Positions 39,925 through 50,041 of a stretch of DNA of 64,000 bases are shown piece after piece (position 1 is the stretch's first letter; each line of letters starts with the position of its first letter). The DNA lies in contig JAGTQC010000002.1 of assembly GCA_018396535.1 (NCBI GenBank), positions 32,001 to 96,000 on the forward strand, given 5' to 3'. The translations under genes and the position numbers were made by a program. The notes under the pieces were generated by a model, which made no database searches, was not told where the DNA came from, and saw only the letters and a program-made list of their open reading frames with translations. This DNA comes from Candidatus Bathyarchaeota archaeon (GTDB taxonomy: Archaea > Thermoproteota > CALKCG01 > B24 > DRYS01).

Positions 39925-40204
39925 AAGGATGTATCTAGGTATCCCGCGTAGAGAGATCCCATGGTATCCGCAGATAGATTATGAAAGGTGTATCGGCTGT
40001 CTTACATGCGTTAAGCATTGTCCTCACAATGTCTACGGTACAGAGGGTAATCCTGCTAAGCCTGTAGTTGTAAACCCGTATAACTGTATAGTTGGTTGTA
40101 GCTCCTGTGCTAAGCTATGCCCCTCTGAAGCGATAAAGTTCCCGTCTAAAGATGAGTTGAGGGAGATCTTAAAGAATCTTAGAGGGAAGTATGGCTTAGG
40201 ATAG
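39917..40204 (+). CDS. 2x[4Fe-4S] ferredoxin
   Basis: CIGCLTCVKHCP and CIVGCSSCAKLCP. Confidence 0.9.
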   Translation: MVERMYLGIPRREIPWYPQIDYERCIGCLTCVKHCPHNVYGTEGNPAKPVVVNPYNCIVGCSSCAKLCPSEAIKFPSKDELREILKNLRGKYGLG

Positions 40205-40238
40205 CCTACTCACCATCTATCTCAAACAAGTAGCTACG

Positions 40239-40253
40239 GTTTATTTTTTAAAC
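40239..40253. promoter_or_regulatory. palindromic operator GTTTA-N5-TAAAC
   Basis: (G)GTTTATTTTTTAAAC(C) upstream of 40292. Confidence 0.55.
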
Positions 40254-40291
40254 CAATACTTAAATCGTTTAGCTACTAACTTTTACTCAGT

Positions 40292-40867
40292 ATGAGTGGA
40301 TCGGTAGAAGGCTTTCGAGTGGAGATCTCTAGAGGTAGATGCCTTAAGGATCCTACTAAAGTTATGATAGAAGCATTCTATCCCGAAGGGTTTGGTGACT
40401 CCGTGGAGATGCTTGCATTAATTCTCCCGCCGTTGAAAGCTAGATATTCTAGGCAGAATCGTTGCACTACTATTATAAATGAAGGTAGGCTTATAGGCGT
40501 ATATTCTGATGGAAGGATATTATTCTGCGCTAAGGATATGGATGAGATTAGAAGCATCCTGAAATATGTTAGGAATCTCCTAGAAGAAGCTTCTAGATTA
40601 GTTAGAGAAAAAGGCCCTCCAAGAGTGGAAGATGTAGAAGCTTATGGTAGGATTTCAGTTTTCAAACTATATGATTATCTCCCTAAAACAAATTGCGGCT
40701 TATGTGGATATTCTACATGTATAGCTTTCGCAACTAAGGTTCTCCAGGGTGAAGCTAAGCTTAAGGATTGTAGCTTATTGAGTATATATGAGTGGAAGCA
40801 TTTAGTCATAAAACTCGAAAAAGATTTTAATACAACGATACTCAAAAGCTTAGGTTGGTTTGCTTAA
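40292..40867 (+). CDS. (Fe-S)-binding protein with CdhE/RnfB-type FeS domain
   Basis: LPKTNCGLCGYSTCIAFA...C. Confidence 0.8.
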   Translation: MSGSVEGFRVEISRGRCLKDPTKVMIEAFYPEGFGDSVEMLALILPPLKARYSRQNRCTTIINEGRLIGVYSDGRILFCAKDMDEIRSILKYVRNLLEEASRLVREKGPPRVEDVEAYGRISVFKLYDYLPKTNCGLCGYSTCIAFATKVLQGEAKLKDCSLLSIYEWKHLVIKLEKDFNTTILKSLGWFA

Positions 40868-41215
40868 AGTAAGTTACTGTTATGAACATTGAGAAAGCTG
40901 ATCTACTTGAAGAATTAGAGAAAACTAGAAGATAAGTTATATGTATTAGTCTTAATACCTATTCATTAATAAAAATCCAATTAAAATATTCAAAAATACT
41001 TGATTTTTAATAATATTGAAAGAGAGCTAAGGATACAACCAACATACTGTGAGAAAATTAACGAAGCATGCAGTATGAGGGGACATTATGAATATACGAG
41101 TTATACGGATTATACTATTGATGGAGATGGAGCATAGAGTAGAGGAACTTGTCAGATTCCAGACTACCCTAAAATTTTTCTCTTTAAGACAATCTAATAA
41201 AAATGGGGGTGTTCT

Positions 41216-42718
41216 ATGGGTCCTAAGATTGCTTTTATAGGCGCTGGTAGTGCTAGATGGACGAGTAGAATATTGATCGATATCTTCATGAATGAAGATC
41301 TACGCAACTCAGAGATATGGCTTATGGATATAGATGACTATCGGCTTAACATTATATCGACACTTGCTAAGAGGTATGTTGAAGAGGTTAAGCTTCCTGT
41401 TAAGATCTGTGCAACTAAGGATAGAGCGGAGGCTATTAGGGATTCAGATTTCATTATATCGACTGCTCTCCCGAAGGGTTACCTATACTATGAGACTATG
41501 AGAGATCTATCCGAGAAGCATGGCTACTATAGAGGTATCAATAGCGTTGAGTGGAACTATGTAGGGGATTATCATACGATATGGGGCTACTATCTATTCA
41601 AACTACATCTCGATATAGCTAGAGATATAGAGGAGCTTGCTCCAGATGCATGGTTTTTCATAGTTTCGAACCCAGTCTTAGAGTTAACTACGATGGTTGC
41701 CCGCGAGACTAAGGTTAACGTAGCAGGTATATGCCATGGATTCTTAGGTTATAGGGCTGCTATCGAGGTTCTAGCTATGCGCTTAGCTAAGGAGAAGCTC
41801 GGTAGGGATATAACACCATATTGTGCAGCTCATAGACCTGAGTGCTATAGAGAGGTTTTCGATCTTATAGAATTCGATGAGATAGAAGTGGAGATGAAAG
41901 GGTTAAACCACGTTATATGGTTAACTAAATTTACATATAAGGATGAAGATGGCTATAAGTACATGGATGAATGGATTAGAGAGGATTCTGAGGAGTATTG
42001 GAGAGTTTGGAGAGAGTATACGACCAATCCTTGGGATCTAGATCTATGCCCAGCAGCAATAGACATGTATAAGACATATGGCTATCTACCTATAGGGGAT
42101 AGTGTTCGCGGAGGTACATGGAAATACCATTGGGATCTTAAGACTAAGCAGTACTGGTACGGTCCGTATGGTGGACCAGATTCAGAAATAGGCTGTGCCA
42201 TAAGGATAATGCAAGTTAGAAGGAATGTCGATGAGATGGCTAGGATAGCATTCGATACTTCGAAACCTGTATCCTCAGCTATTCCGTTTAGACCGAGTGG
42301 TGAGGTTATAGTAACTCTGATAGACTCTATATATAACGATAAATCTGCAGATAGTTATGAATTACAATTCTTCGGTAAACGCGTAACTGTACCTATATAC
42401 GTGAACGTTATGAATAGAGGAGCAATACCCAATATCCCAGGAGACGTCGCCGTTGAGACTCATGTAAGAGTCGATGGTAAGGGTATCCATCCGATACAAA
42501 AGGATTCTATTCCAAGCAAACTCTACAAGTATGCTATACTACCTAGGATTACGAAGATGGAGTGGGCTCTAGAAGCAAATCTTAAGGGTGGAAGGGATAG
42601 TCTAGTACAATGGCTTATAGTGGATGTTAGAACTAAAAACATGAAGCAAATAGATGATGTTATAGACGATATATTGAAGCTTCCAGGAAACGAGGAGATG
42701 GCTAAACACTTTAGCTAA
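41216..42718 (+). CDS. GH4 NAD-dependent alpha-glucosidase/alpha-glucuronidase
   Basis: KIAFIGAGS, GYYRG, SNP, GICHG, GLNH. Confidence 0.88.
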   Translation: MGPKIAFIGAGSARWTSRILIDIFMNEDLRNSEIWLMDIDDYRLNIISTLAKRYVEEVKLPVKICATKDRAEAIRDSDFIISTALPKGYLYYETMRDLSEKHGYYRGINSVEWNYVGDYHTIWGYYLFKLHLDIARDIEELAPDAWFFIVSNPVLELTTMVARETKVNVAGICHGFLGYRAAIEVLAMRLAKEKLGRDITPYCAAHRPECYREVFDLIEFDEIEVEMKGLNHVIWLTKFTYKDEDGYKYMDEWIREDSEEYWRVWREYTTNPWDLDLCPAAIDMYKTYGYLPIGDSVRGGTWKYHWDLKTKQYWYGPYGGPDSEIGCAIRIMQVRRNVDEMARIAFDTSKPVSSAIPFRPSGEVIVTLIDSIYNDKSADSYELQFFGKRVTVPIYVNVMNRGAIPNIPGDVAVETHVRVDGKGIHPIQKDSIPSKLYKYAILPRITKMEWALEANLKGGRDSLVQWLIVDVRTKNMKQIDDVIDDILKLPGNEEMAKHFS

Positions 42719-42822
42719 ACTTTATCCTCTACAGATAGATTTCCAATACGATGTAACGATAATTAATAGAGATAAACACTATATTTTTAAATAGCTATCA
42801 CTTGATAAAATCTTCTTAGCTT

Positions 42823-43221
42823 ATGCTCTCTCCCCGCTTACTATCCATCCTAGGCTTATGGATAGTAGCTGACGGTATTATAGCGATAGTCCTTGTGTAT
42901 CCTTATCAACATTATTGGCTTGTTATCCGTTTCATCAGAGTAGTTGTAGGTTTCATAATACTTGTAGAGACTCAACGAATACGAGTAAAATTACTAACCT
43001 ATACTGTGAAGAATCTAGATAAATTATACAGATGTGCTCGTATCTACACGATTGTATTAGACTCCATAGGTATATGGTTAATAGCCGATGGGTTATCTAC
43101 AGGTCTACTAGGATATACTCATCCTATACTAGTATGGCAGTTTATACGTACAGTTCGAGTTATTATGGGTTTATGTTTAGTTCTGATAAGTTTGCTCCAT
43201 GAAAGATTCTATAAGATATAG
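42823..43221 (+). CDS. hypothetical membrane protein with internal duplication
   Basis: LGLWIVADG...RFIRVVVG repeated as IGIWLIADG...RTVRVIMG. Confidence 0.6.
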   Translation: MLSPRLLSILGLWIVADGIIAIVLVYPYQHYWLVIRFIRVVVGFIILVETQRIRVKLLTYTVKNLDKLYRCARIYTIVLDSIGIWLIADGLSTGLLGYTHPILVWQFIRTVRVIMGLCLVLISLLHERFYKI

Positions 43222-43333
43222 TAGGAGGGGCTCTCCCGTAATATAGGTTAATTTACCCCATATAGCCCTTCACAGACCATTCTACACTCAATAGTTTTAT
43301 CTATGATTTAGGTGTAATTGATTCATCTAGGCT

Positions 43334-44350
43334 ATGAAGAAGATTGGGGTTGGCGTCATAGGTGTAGGTATTCAAGGAGAAAGGCATGCAGCGGTATACG
43401 CAAACAATCCTCTATCTAAACTTATAGCTGTAGCTGATATAGATGGAGCTAAGGCTGAGCGTATAGCTAGGAAGTATGGTGCTGAAGTATACTTCACTGA
43501 CTACCATAAGTTATTAGATATGGATGAAATAGTGGCCGTATCTATAGCTACACCGGATTTTCTACATAGAGATCCATGCATAGCTGCCGCTGAAGCTGGC
43601 AAGCATGTCTTAGTAGAGAAGCCTATGGCTACATCTGTAAGTGATTGCCAAGCTATGATCGATGCATGTAGGAAGGCTGGTGTGAAACTTATGGTTGCAT
43701 TCCATAATAGATGGAATCCTGTATTCGTACAGACAAAGCTTAGCGTAACTAACGGTGATCTCGGTAAACTCGTATATGCTTATGCTAGATTAAACGATAC
43801 TATCTATGTACCTACTAAAATGTTATCATGGGCATCTAGATCTAGTAGCTTATGGTTTCTAGGTAGTCATGTAATAGATCTCTTACTATGGCTCTTCGAA
43901 GAGAAGCCTATAAAAGTTTATGGATTTCAGAGGGGTGGGAAGCTTAAAAGTATGGGTATAGATACTCCAGATCTATATGGCTATGTATTGTATTTCAAGG
44001 ATGCAATAGCCTTCGGGGAAAATGTATGGATATTGCCTGATGGATCTCCTACTATAGCTGAATTTAAACTAGAACTAATAGGAGATAAAGGGTGCGTATA
44101 TACAGATCATTCTAGAGGTAGATCTATAGAGAAGATCACAGACCGATATATTATACCGGATACATACGTATACTACGATCTATATGGTAAGCCTCTAGGT
44201 TTCACTGCGGAATGCGTAAACCACTTTATAGAATGCGTAGCAATGGATCGAGAACCTATAGTCAAGGGGGAGGATGGATTGATAGTGACTAAGATCATAT
44301 CATCCATACTTGAATCGGTAGATAGACTTGCAGAAATATATGTAAGTTAA
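43334..44350 (+). CDS. Gfo/Idh/MocA oxidoreductase
   Basis: GVIGVG, IATPDFLH, GKHVLVEKPMA. Confidence 0.9.
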   Translation: MKKIGVGVIGVGIQGERHAAVYANNPLSKLIAVADIDGAKAERIARKYGAEVYFTDYHKLLDMDEIVAVSIATPDFLHRDPCIAAAEAGKHVLVEKPMATSVSDCQAMIDACRKAGVKLMVAFHNRWNPVFVQTKLSVTNGDLGKLVYAYARLNDTIYVPTKMLSWASRSSSLWFLGSHVIDLLLWLFEEKPIKVYGFQRGGKLKSMGIDTPDLYGYVLYFKDAIAFGENVWILPDGSPTIAEFKLELIGDKGCVYTDHSRGRSIEKITDRYIIPDTYVYYDLYGKPLGFTAECVNHFIECVAMDREPIVKGEDGLIVTKIISSILESVDRLAEIYVS

Positions 44351-44418
44351 AAGCTTAGGTTTTAATATCTATATTAGGTGAAGTAAAGGATCATAGTCAG
44401 GTAAAGGAGGCGGTTCAT

Positions 44419-45363
44419 ATGGATGACTTTAACCCCCGCCTATTCATAGAGGAGAAAATTGAATGGCTTAGAAAGGAGATAGGATCAGAAGATGCGATAG
44501 TAGCACTTTCAGGAGGGGTTGATAGTTCTGTGACGGCTGTACTAGGCTTTAAAGCCATAGGTTCACGCTTAAAATCCGTATTCCTCGATGATGGATTTAT
44601 GAGAATAGGAGAGGCGGATAGAGTTAGAAGCATCTTTGAGAAACTAGGTATGAAAGTACACGTATACGACGTCGAACATGAATTCCTAGAAGCTCTCAGA
44701 GGGGTCAGAGATGCTGAGGAGAAGAGAAGGGAGTTTCGTGAAACCTTCTATAGGATATTCTCTCGTATAGCTCGCGAATTCGGTGTCAGGATAGTTCTAC
44801 AAGGGACAATAGCTGCGGATATCGTCGAAACTAAAAGCGGTATTAAAACTCAGCATAACGTTCTCGAGCAGATCGGTATAGATCCTCTTAAAAGCTACGG
44901 CTTCAAGATCCTTGAACCAATCAAAGAACTGTACAAGAGTCAAGTTAGGCTCATAGCTAAAGAGCTTGGACTCCCAGATGAAATAGTTAAGCGTAGACCA
45001 TTTCCAGGTCCAGGCTTATCCATAAGAATACTCGGTGAGGTTACTAAGGAGAAGCTTTCTCTGATAAAGAAGGCGACGGCTATAGTCGATGATGAACTCT
45101 CAGATATCGAATGCTTCCAAGCTTTTCCAGTTCTACTCGAAGGTATGGCTACAGGTCTTGACTCTACTGGTGGTAGAAAGTACGGGTATATTTTGGCTTT
45201 AAGAATAGTGGAATCTATGGATGCTCTGACTGCTAAATATATGAAGATAGATTGGAGTAAACTCGAAAAAGTTAGAGATAGATTACTAACGGAGATTCCG
45301 AGTGTAGCTAGAATACTCTACGATATAACAGATAAGCCTCCAGCTACTATAGAATTCGAATAG
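44419..45363 (+). CDS. guaAB: GMP synthase ATP-pyrophosphatase subunit B
   Basis: SGGVDSS, IKTQHNV, PFPGPGL, YDITDKPPATIEFE. Confidence 0.93.
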   Translation: MDDFNPRLFIEEKIEWLRKEIGSEDAIVALSGGVDSSVTAVLGFKAIGSRLKSVFLDDGFMRIGEADRVRSIFEKLGMKVHVYDVEHEFLEALRGVRDAEEKRREFRETFYRIFSRIAREFGVRIVLQGTIAADIVETKSGIKTQHNVLEQIGIDPLKSYGFKILEPIKELYKSQVRLIAKELGLPDEIVKRRPFPGPGLSIRILGEVTKEKLSLIKKATAIVDDELSDIECFQAFPVLLEGMATGLDSTGGRKYGYILALRIVESMDALTAKYMKIDWSKLEKVRDRLLTEIPSVARILYDITDKPPATIEFE

Positions 45364-45378
45364 GGTAGCAAATAATTA

Positions 45379-46572
45379 TCATAAGAAGCTAAGAATGATG
45401 AGCGACGATAAGTAGGCTGCTATAGCTGATGGGACTAACCTCTTATAGACTGATAATATCCCTGATTTATAGTATCCTATTGTTAGGATTAGGCATAGAT
45501 GTAGGGGTGATATTAAGTAGGAGAATATTACGGATATGTATATAGAGGATGCGGTAGATACAGACATATTATCTACGATCGCTGAAGCTATAGGGAATGC
45601 GAGAGCTATACCTGCAGAAGGCATAGCCGTCGCTAAACCTATAATCCATGTTATCGTTAGAGCTATTATTAACGGTGGTAGCTGTGAATATGAAAAGTAT
45701 GGTATAGCTGCTTCTATTAATCCTGAACGCTTCAGCGTATATCTGAAAACCATAACACTAGGTATGGCAAGGGGTATCGCTACATTAATCCTCCTTAGGA
45801 TATATCGAACCTTCTCTAAACCTATACGGTTGATAACTATCGTATAGGCTACAGCTACGATCAAAGCTAGAGCCATATTTAAACCTACTACTGTTAGAAT
45901 AACCGCGATCAATATAGGTGATATACCTAGTAGTATACGGTAGAGTGAAGGCCAGTCTATCTGACTTTTAGAGTAACCCTCTACTCTAGCTATACTACGT
46001 AGGGATGCTATGTAGCCTATGAGTATATATATGAGTAACACTGGTAGTTGAACCGCTATAAGTCTGTAGAGGCTCACACCGGCAAGTGTTGAAGCTAGTA
46101 TTATAGCTGAGGATAACGGGTATACGAAGAAGTTCCAATGCCTAAACCATACGTTTATGAAGCTCTCCTCGTCACCATCTAAACCGAGCTTATTAGCCGT
46201 ATCCTCTATCATAGGCGCTGATAGTAGAGCCCCACCAGGCATGGGTAGGCTACCCATTATAGCGGGTAGTATTGCTAGGATATATTTAGCTGGTAGAACA
46301 CTTCTAATCGATTGTATCAGTCTTTCGATCATACCTGATTCGCTCATACATAATGCTAGAAGCTGTATAAGTGCTACTATGGCAGTAAGCTCTAGAGTTT
46401 CTAGATCAATTATGGTGGAGATTACTATTTCTAGAAATTTATAGACGTTCATCGCCGATACTATAGCTATAGCGAGAGCTCCTATGAGTAATGCTAGACC
46501 ATAGTTTACACGATTAGCAACTAATACAACGACAACTATCAATGGGATAGCTATGAGTAGTAGGGGTAGCAT
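45379..46572 (-). CDS. DUF401-like membrane transporter
   Basis: GSLPMPGGALLSAPM, INVWFRH, SPLHLCL. Confidence 0.8.
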   Translation of the reverse strand: MLPLLLIAIPLIVVVVLVANRVNYGLALLIGALAIAIVSAMNVYKFLEIVISTIIDLETLELTAIVALIQLLALCMSESGMIERLIQSIRSVLPAKYILAILPAIMGSLPMPGGALLSAPMIEDTANKLGLDGDEESFINVWFRHWNFFVYPLSSAIILASTLAGVSLYRLIAVQLPVLLIYILIGYIASLRSIARVEGYSKSQIDWPSLYRILLGISPILIAVILTVVGLNMALALIVAVAYTIVINRIGLEKVRYILRRINVAIPLAIPSVMVFRYTLKRSGLIEAAIPYFSYSQLPPLIIALTITWIIGLATAMPSAGIALAFPIASAIVDNMSVSTASSIYISVIFSYLISPLHLCLILTIGYYKSGILSVYKRLVPSAIAAYLSSLIILSFL

Positions 46573-46813
46573 GACGGTTAAAGATGTCGAAGCATTCTTA
46601 TAAATCTTAAATACGGTGAAACATTAGGATTGATCGTCCAACCATTATCATAGTTACATCTTATAACTTCTTCTAGATTATCCGATCTTCCTTACTAGAT
46701 AAGCTTCTCTACATTATGCTAGATTGATCCATTTACAGCTTGGTAGGTATAGTGGTTCTAGATGCTGTTTAAATCTTTATAGAGTCGGATATGTTGTAAG
46801 TAGTGATCAAGAT

Positions 46814-48709
46814 TTGACGAACCCCTTCCTACGCGAAGTAATATTGGAGAATTTCATGAGCTATGAGTATGCTAGAATTAAGCTTGCACCAGGTTTAAAC
46901 CTTATATCTGGTCCGAACGGTTCTGGGAAATCATCGATTCTCCTGGGCATATCCATAGCTTTAGGTCAAACTTATACAGAAAGAGCTAGGAGACTTAGCG
47001 ATCTTATAAGATGGGGTAACGATATAGCACGTGTAACATTAATTTTCGATAATAGCGGTAATGATGGTAATAGATTATTTCCATCGATTAAATCTTCTAC
47101 TGTATCTATATCGAGGATTCTAAGGAGGGATGGAACCTACAGCTTCTATGTACTAGGGGAGGAGAGGACGAAGACTGAGGTAATAGAGCTTCTCAGTATG
47201 GTTGGTTTAGACCCTGATAATCCATTCATAATAATGCACCAAGGTACGATAGAGGAGTTTGTAGCTACACGTCCAGAGGAGAAGCTTAAACTTCTAGAGA
47301 AGGCTGTAGGCTTCGAGGATTATAGGAGGAATATACTTGAGGCTAGGAGCAAACTTTCTAAAATCTTATCTGAGGAAGAGGTTATACGTGAGAGGCTAGC
47401 TGATGCTGAATCTACGTTAGAATATTGGCGTAGAGAATATGAGAAGCTTACACAATACAAGAGGCTTAAAGAAAGAGAGGAGGAGCTTAGACTGGAGTTG
47501 GCATGGTCGAGGATAATCGGTATGGAGAATAGGATAGCTAAGCTAACCGATATGATTGATTATTGTAGTAGGAGAATAGCGAAGCTTGAGAGAATAGGCT
47601 CAGATGCTAGATCTAAGCTAATAGATACTGAGAGAGAATTTGAGAGTACAATATTCGAAGAGGATAGGCTACTCGAAAGAGTAATCGCATCGGAGAGATT
47701 CTTATCGGTAATATCGGAGAGTTCTCGTATACTCGAAAACTATGGTGGACAACTCCCCATAGAGTTAGAGAAAGAGCTTAAGAGAAGAGCTATAGATCGA
47801 GAAAGGGTCGAGGCAGATTTGAAGAACATGTATAAAGTTTATAGTGGATTGAGGGTGAAGGAGCGAGAATTGATTAAACGTTACGCTGATCTAAGAGTTG
47901 AAGAAGCGTTAGCTTCGTTCGAGGTAAATAGACTCCTAGATGAGAAGAAGCGTATAGAGGTTAGGTTATCTGAACTTCGATCTAGGATGGAATCTATGTT
48001 ATCGGAAGTAGGCGGCTCCTCATCAAGACCTCATACTGTTAGGAGTCTAGCTGAAGTAGAGGAGGAATTGAAAGGGATAGAAGCTAGGATTAGAGCCTTA
48101 GGCTCCGTCTCTGAGGATATAGCTGCTATGTATGAGAAGTACAGAGGGGTTTATGATGAATTGAAATCTAGACTTGAAATACTCTCTGAGAATAAGAATC
48201 TACTTTTAAATGAGTTAAACGATAGAATTAAAGTTTGGAGAGATGCATTAGAAAAACTACTGGATGATGTGAATAGAGAATTTCAAGCTATACTCGAGGG
48301 GTTTGGTTATAATGGTTTTGCTAAACTGGTAAATCCACATGATATAGATAGAAGCGGGTTAGAGATATATATGGGCACCCCAGGTATGGATCCAACCCCG
48401 CTTAATAACCTCACACAAAGTGGTGGCGAGAGGAGTCTAGCTATATCTACGTTTCTCTTAGCCCTCCAACAATACATTAAAAGCCCGTTTAGAGCTTTAG
48501 ACGAGTATGATGTGCATATGGATCCGGTGAATAGGGAGGCTGTATTGAAACATATAGTAGAGCGGATATCTGGTGAGCGAAGGATACAGTATTTAGTTAT
48601 AACACCTAATCCGTTACCATTAGCTGCTAAAATCACTAACGTTATAATCGTTCAGAAGGTGGGAGGGAAATCTAGAATTGGTAAAATCGAAGCCTACGTT
48701 GAAGCGTAG
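46814..48709 (+). CDS. short SMC-family ATPase, Smc5/6-like, no recognisable hinge (TTG 46814 likely start; frame open from 46724)
   Basis: LENFMSY, GPNGSGKSS, QSGGERS, LLALQ, PFRALDEYDVHMD. Confidence 0.85.
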   Translation: MTNPFLREVILENFMSYEYARIKLAPGLNLISGPNGSGKSSILLGISIALGQTYTERARRLSDLIRWGNDIARVTLIFDNSGNDGNRLFPSIKSSTVSISRILRRDGTYSFYVLGEERTKTEVIELLSMVGLDPDNPFIIMHQGTIEEFVATRPEEKLKLLEKAVGFEDYRRNILEARSKLSKILSEEEVIRERLADAESTLEYWRREYEKLTQYKRLKEREEELRLELAWSRIIGMENRIAKLTDMIDYCSRRIAKLERIGSDARSKLIDTEREFESTIFEEDRLLERVIASERFLSVISESSRILENYGGQLPIELEKELKRRAIDRERVEADLKNMYKVYSGLRVKERELIKRYADLRVEEALASFEVNRLLDEKKRIEVRLSELRSRMESMLSEVGGSSSRPHTVRSLAEVEEELKGIEARIRALGSVSEDIAAMYEKYRGVYDELKSRLEILSENKNLLLNELNDRIKVWRDALEKLLDDVNREFQAILEGFGYNGFAKLVNPHDIDRSGLEIYMGTPGMDPTPLNNLTQSGGERSLAISTFLLALQQYIKSPFRALDEYDVHMDPVNREAVLKHIVERISGERRIQYLVITPNPLPLAAKITNVIIVQKVGGKSRIGKIEAYVEA

Positions 48710-49457
48710 ATCTGTGAGGAGAGAAGTAGAGAAGATTATAGCACAGTGTAGGCTTACGATTAAGCGTGGAGCCGATCCGTTTCAGATAGACGTGAAGAGT
48801 TCTCTAGGTGTATTAAGAAATTTTCTTAAATCTGCTTCAACCTTAGACGATATCTGTCTAGATGGCGAAGCTATATACAATCTATCTACTGTGGTGGAAT
48901 CCCAGGATAGATGGGTTAAGTTTAGGTCTAGTAGACTCTTTGTAGATCCTATACTTATAGAGTCGAGGATTAAATCTATATCGAACAAAGTGCTAGCACG
49001 TATATTCGTATCATGTTGGACACCTATAGCTTCGATAGAAACGTTAACAATACCATCCATAGATCTGGCTATAGACTACTGGAATAGATTAAAACCTATA
49101 AAGAGTAGGTGGGGTAGACTACCTAAAGGCTCTATGAAACATCTAACTCTATCACCAGATGAAGCTTCTAGACTAGGCTTAATATACGATAGAAGATTTG
49201 AGGAGCAATTATCATCTATAGAAGAACAGATTAGAAAACTTCTAGCGAGTGAGGGAGGGAGAGTTGAGTATAGCATAATAGTCCGCGGCAAGGATTGGAT
49301 TGAAGCCGTTACTAAAGCTTACCTAGTAAGCTTCCTAGTTTCATCTGGACGTATAGGTATGACTTACGATCCCTCCACCGATAAATTCTATATAACACCA
49401 TACAGTAATTATGATAAGCCTAAATCGATCGCCATATCTATAGGGATTGGTGGATAG
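48678..49457 (+). CDS. putative kleisin (ScpA/Nse4-like)
   Basis: N-terminal DPFQIDV like ScpA DPWxID; C-terminal winged helix LVSFLVSSGRI; overlaps the SMC-like gene. Confidence 0.6.
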   Translation: MVKSKPTLKRRSVRREVEKIIAQCRLTIKRGADPFQIDVKSSLGVLRNFLKSASTLDDICLDGEAIYNLSTVVESQDRWVKFRSSRLFVDPILIESRIKSISNKVLARIFVSCWTPIASIETLTIPSIDLAIDYWNRLKPIKSRWGRLPKGSMKHLTLSPDEASRLGLIYDRRFEEQLSSIEEQIRKLLASEGGRVEYSIIVRGKDWIEAVTKAYLVSFLVSSGRIGMTYDPSTDKFYITPYSNYDKPKSIAISIGIGG

Positions 49458-50007
49458 AGGTATGAAGTCTAGAAAGGATATAGACGAAAGGGCTAGGAGG
49501 GCTCTGCAACTAATACTACTACAAAGGCATAGGAAACCTGGTGTAAAAGGGTGGGAGCTTAGACGCTCCCTAGGTAAGAATTATCTCAGCATACTAGAAT
49601 ACTTGAATGATAAGCTCGACTCCTATGGTTTATGCGTTAAGATGGTGTATGAGGGAGAGGAGACAAATCCAGATCAAGCTAGGTTCATAGTAACTGTTAA
49701 AGATGATATCAAGATGAGTGAAGCCATATCTGCGGGTTGGCGTATAGATGAGCTTGCTATACTCGCAGCTTCGGTAGCGTATATAGCTTCGAGACAGGGA
49801 TCTGTAAGCTCTAGGGAATTGATACATCTACTCGAAGCTAAATTCCCTAGATGGTTTGTAGAAGCTACTTTGAGGAGGCTTATAAGATCAGGCTACCTAG
49901 AGCAGGATCGTGATACTATAATGATTGGGTGGAGGAGTAAAGCTGAGATTGATATAAGTAAACTTTTAGAACTCTTAGTTAGGATGGATTTTGAAGGTAT
50001 AGGTTAA
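49447..50007 (+). CDS. putative KITE tandem winged-helix protein (Nse1/Nse3-MAGE-like)
   Basis: LNDKLDSYGL, LIRSGYL, IGWRSKAEI resemble MAGE/Nse1 motifs. Confidence 0.6.
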   Translation: MVDRGMKSRKDIDERARRALQLILLQRHRKPGVKGWELRRSLGKNYLSILEYLNDKLDSYGLCVKMVYEGEETNPDQARFIVTVKDDIKMSEAISAGWRIDELAILAASVAYIASRQGSVSSRELIHLLEAKFPRWFVEATLRRLIRSGYLEQDRDTIMIGWRSKAEIDISKLLELLVRMDFEGIG

Positions 50008-50041
50008 GTTAAATAAGACATACGTATATGCTAGTATAGGT

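Noticed and set aside
40868-41215. Short ORF fragments in an AT-rich spacer
   Set aside because: No recognisable homology; possibly gene debris
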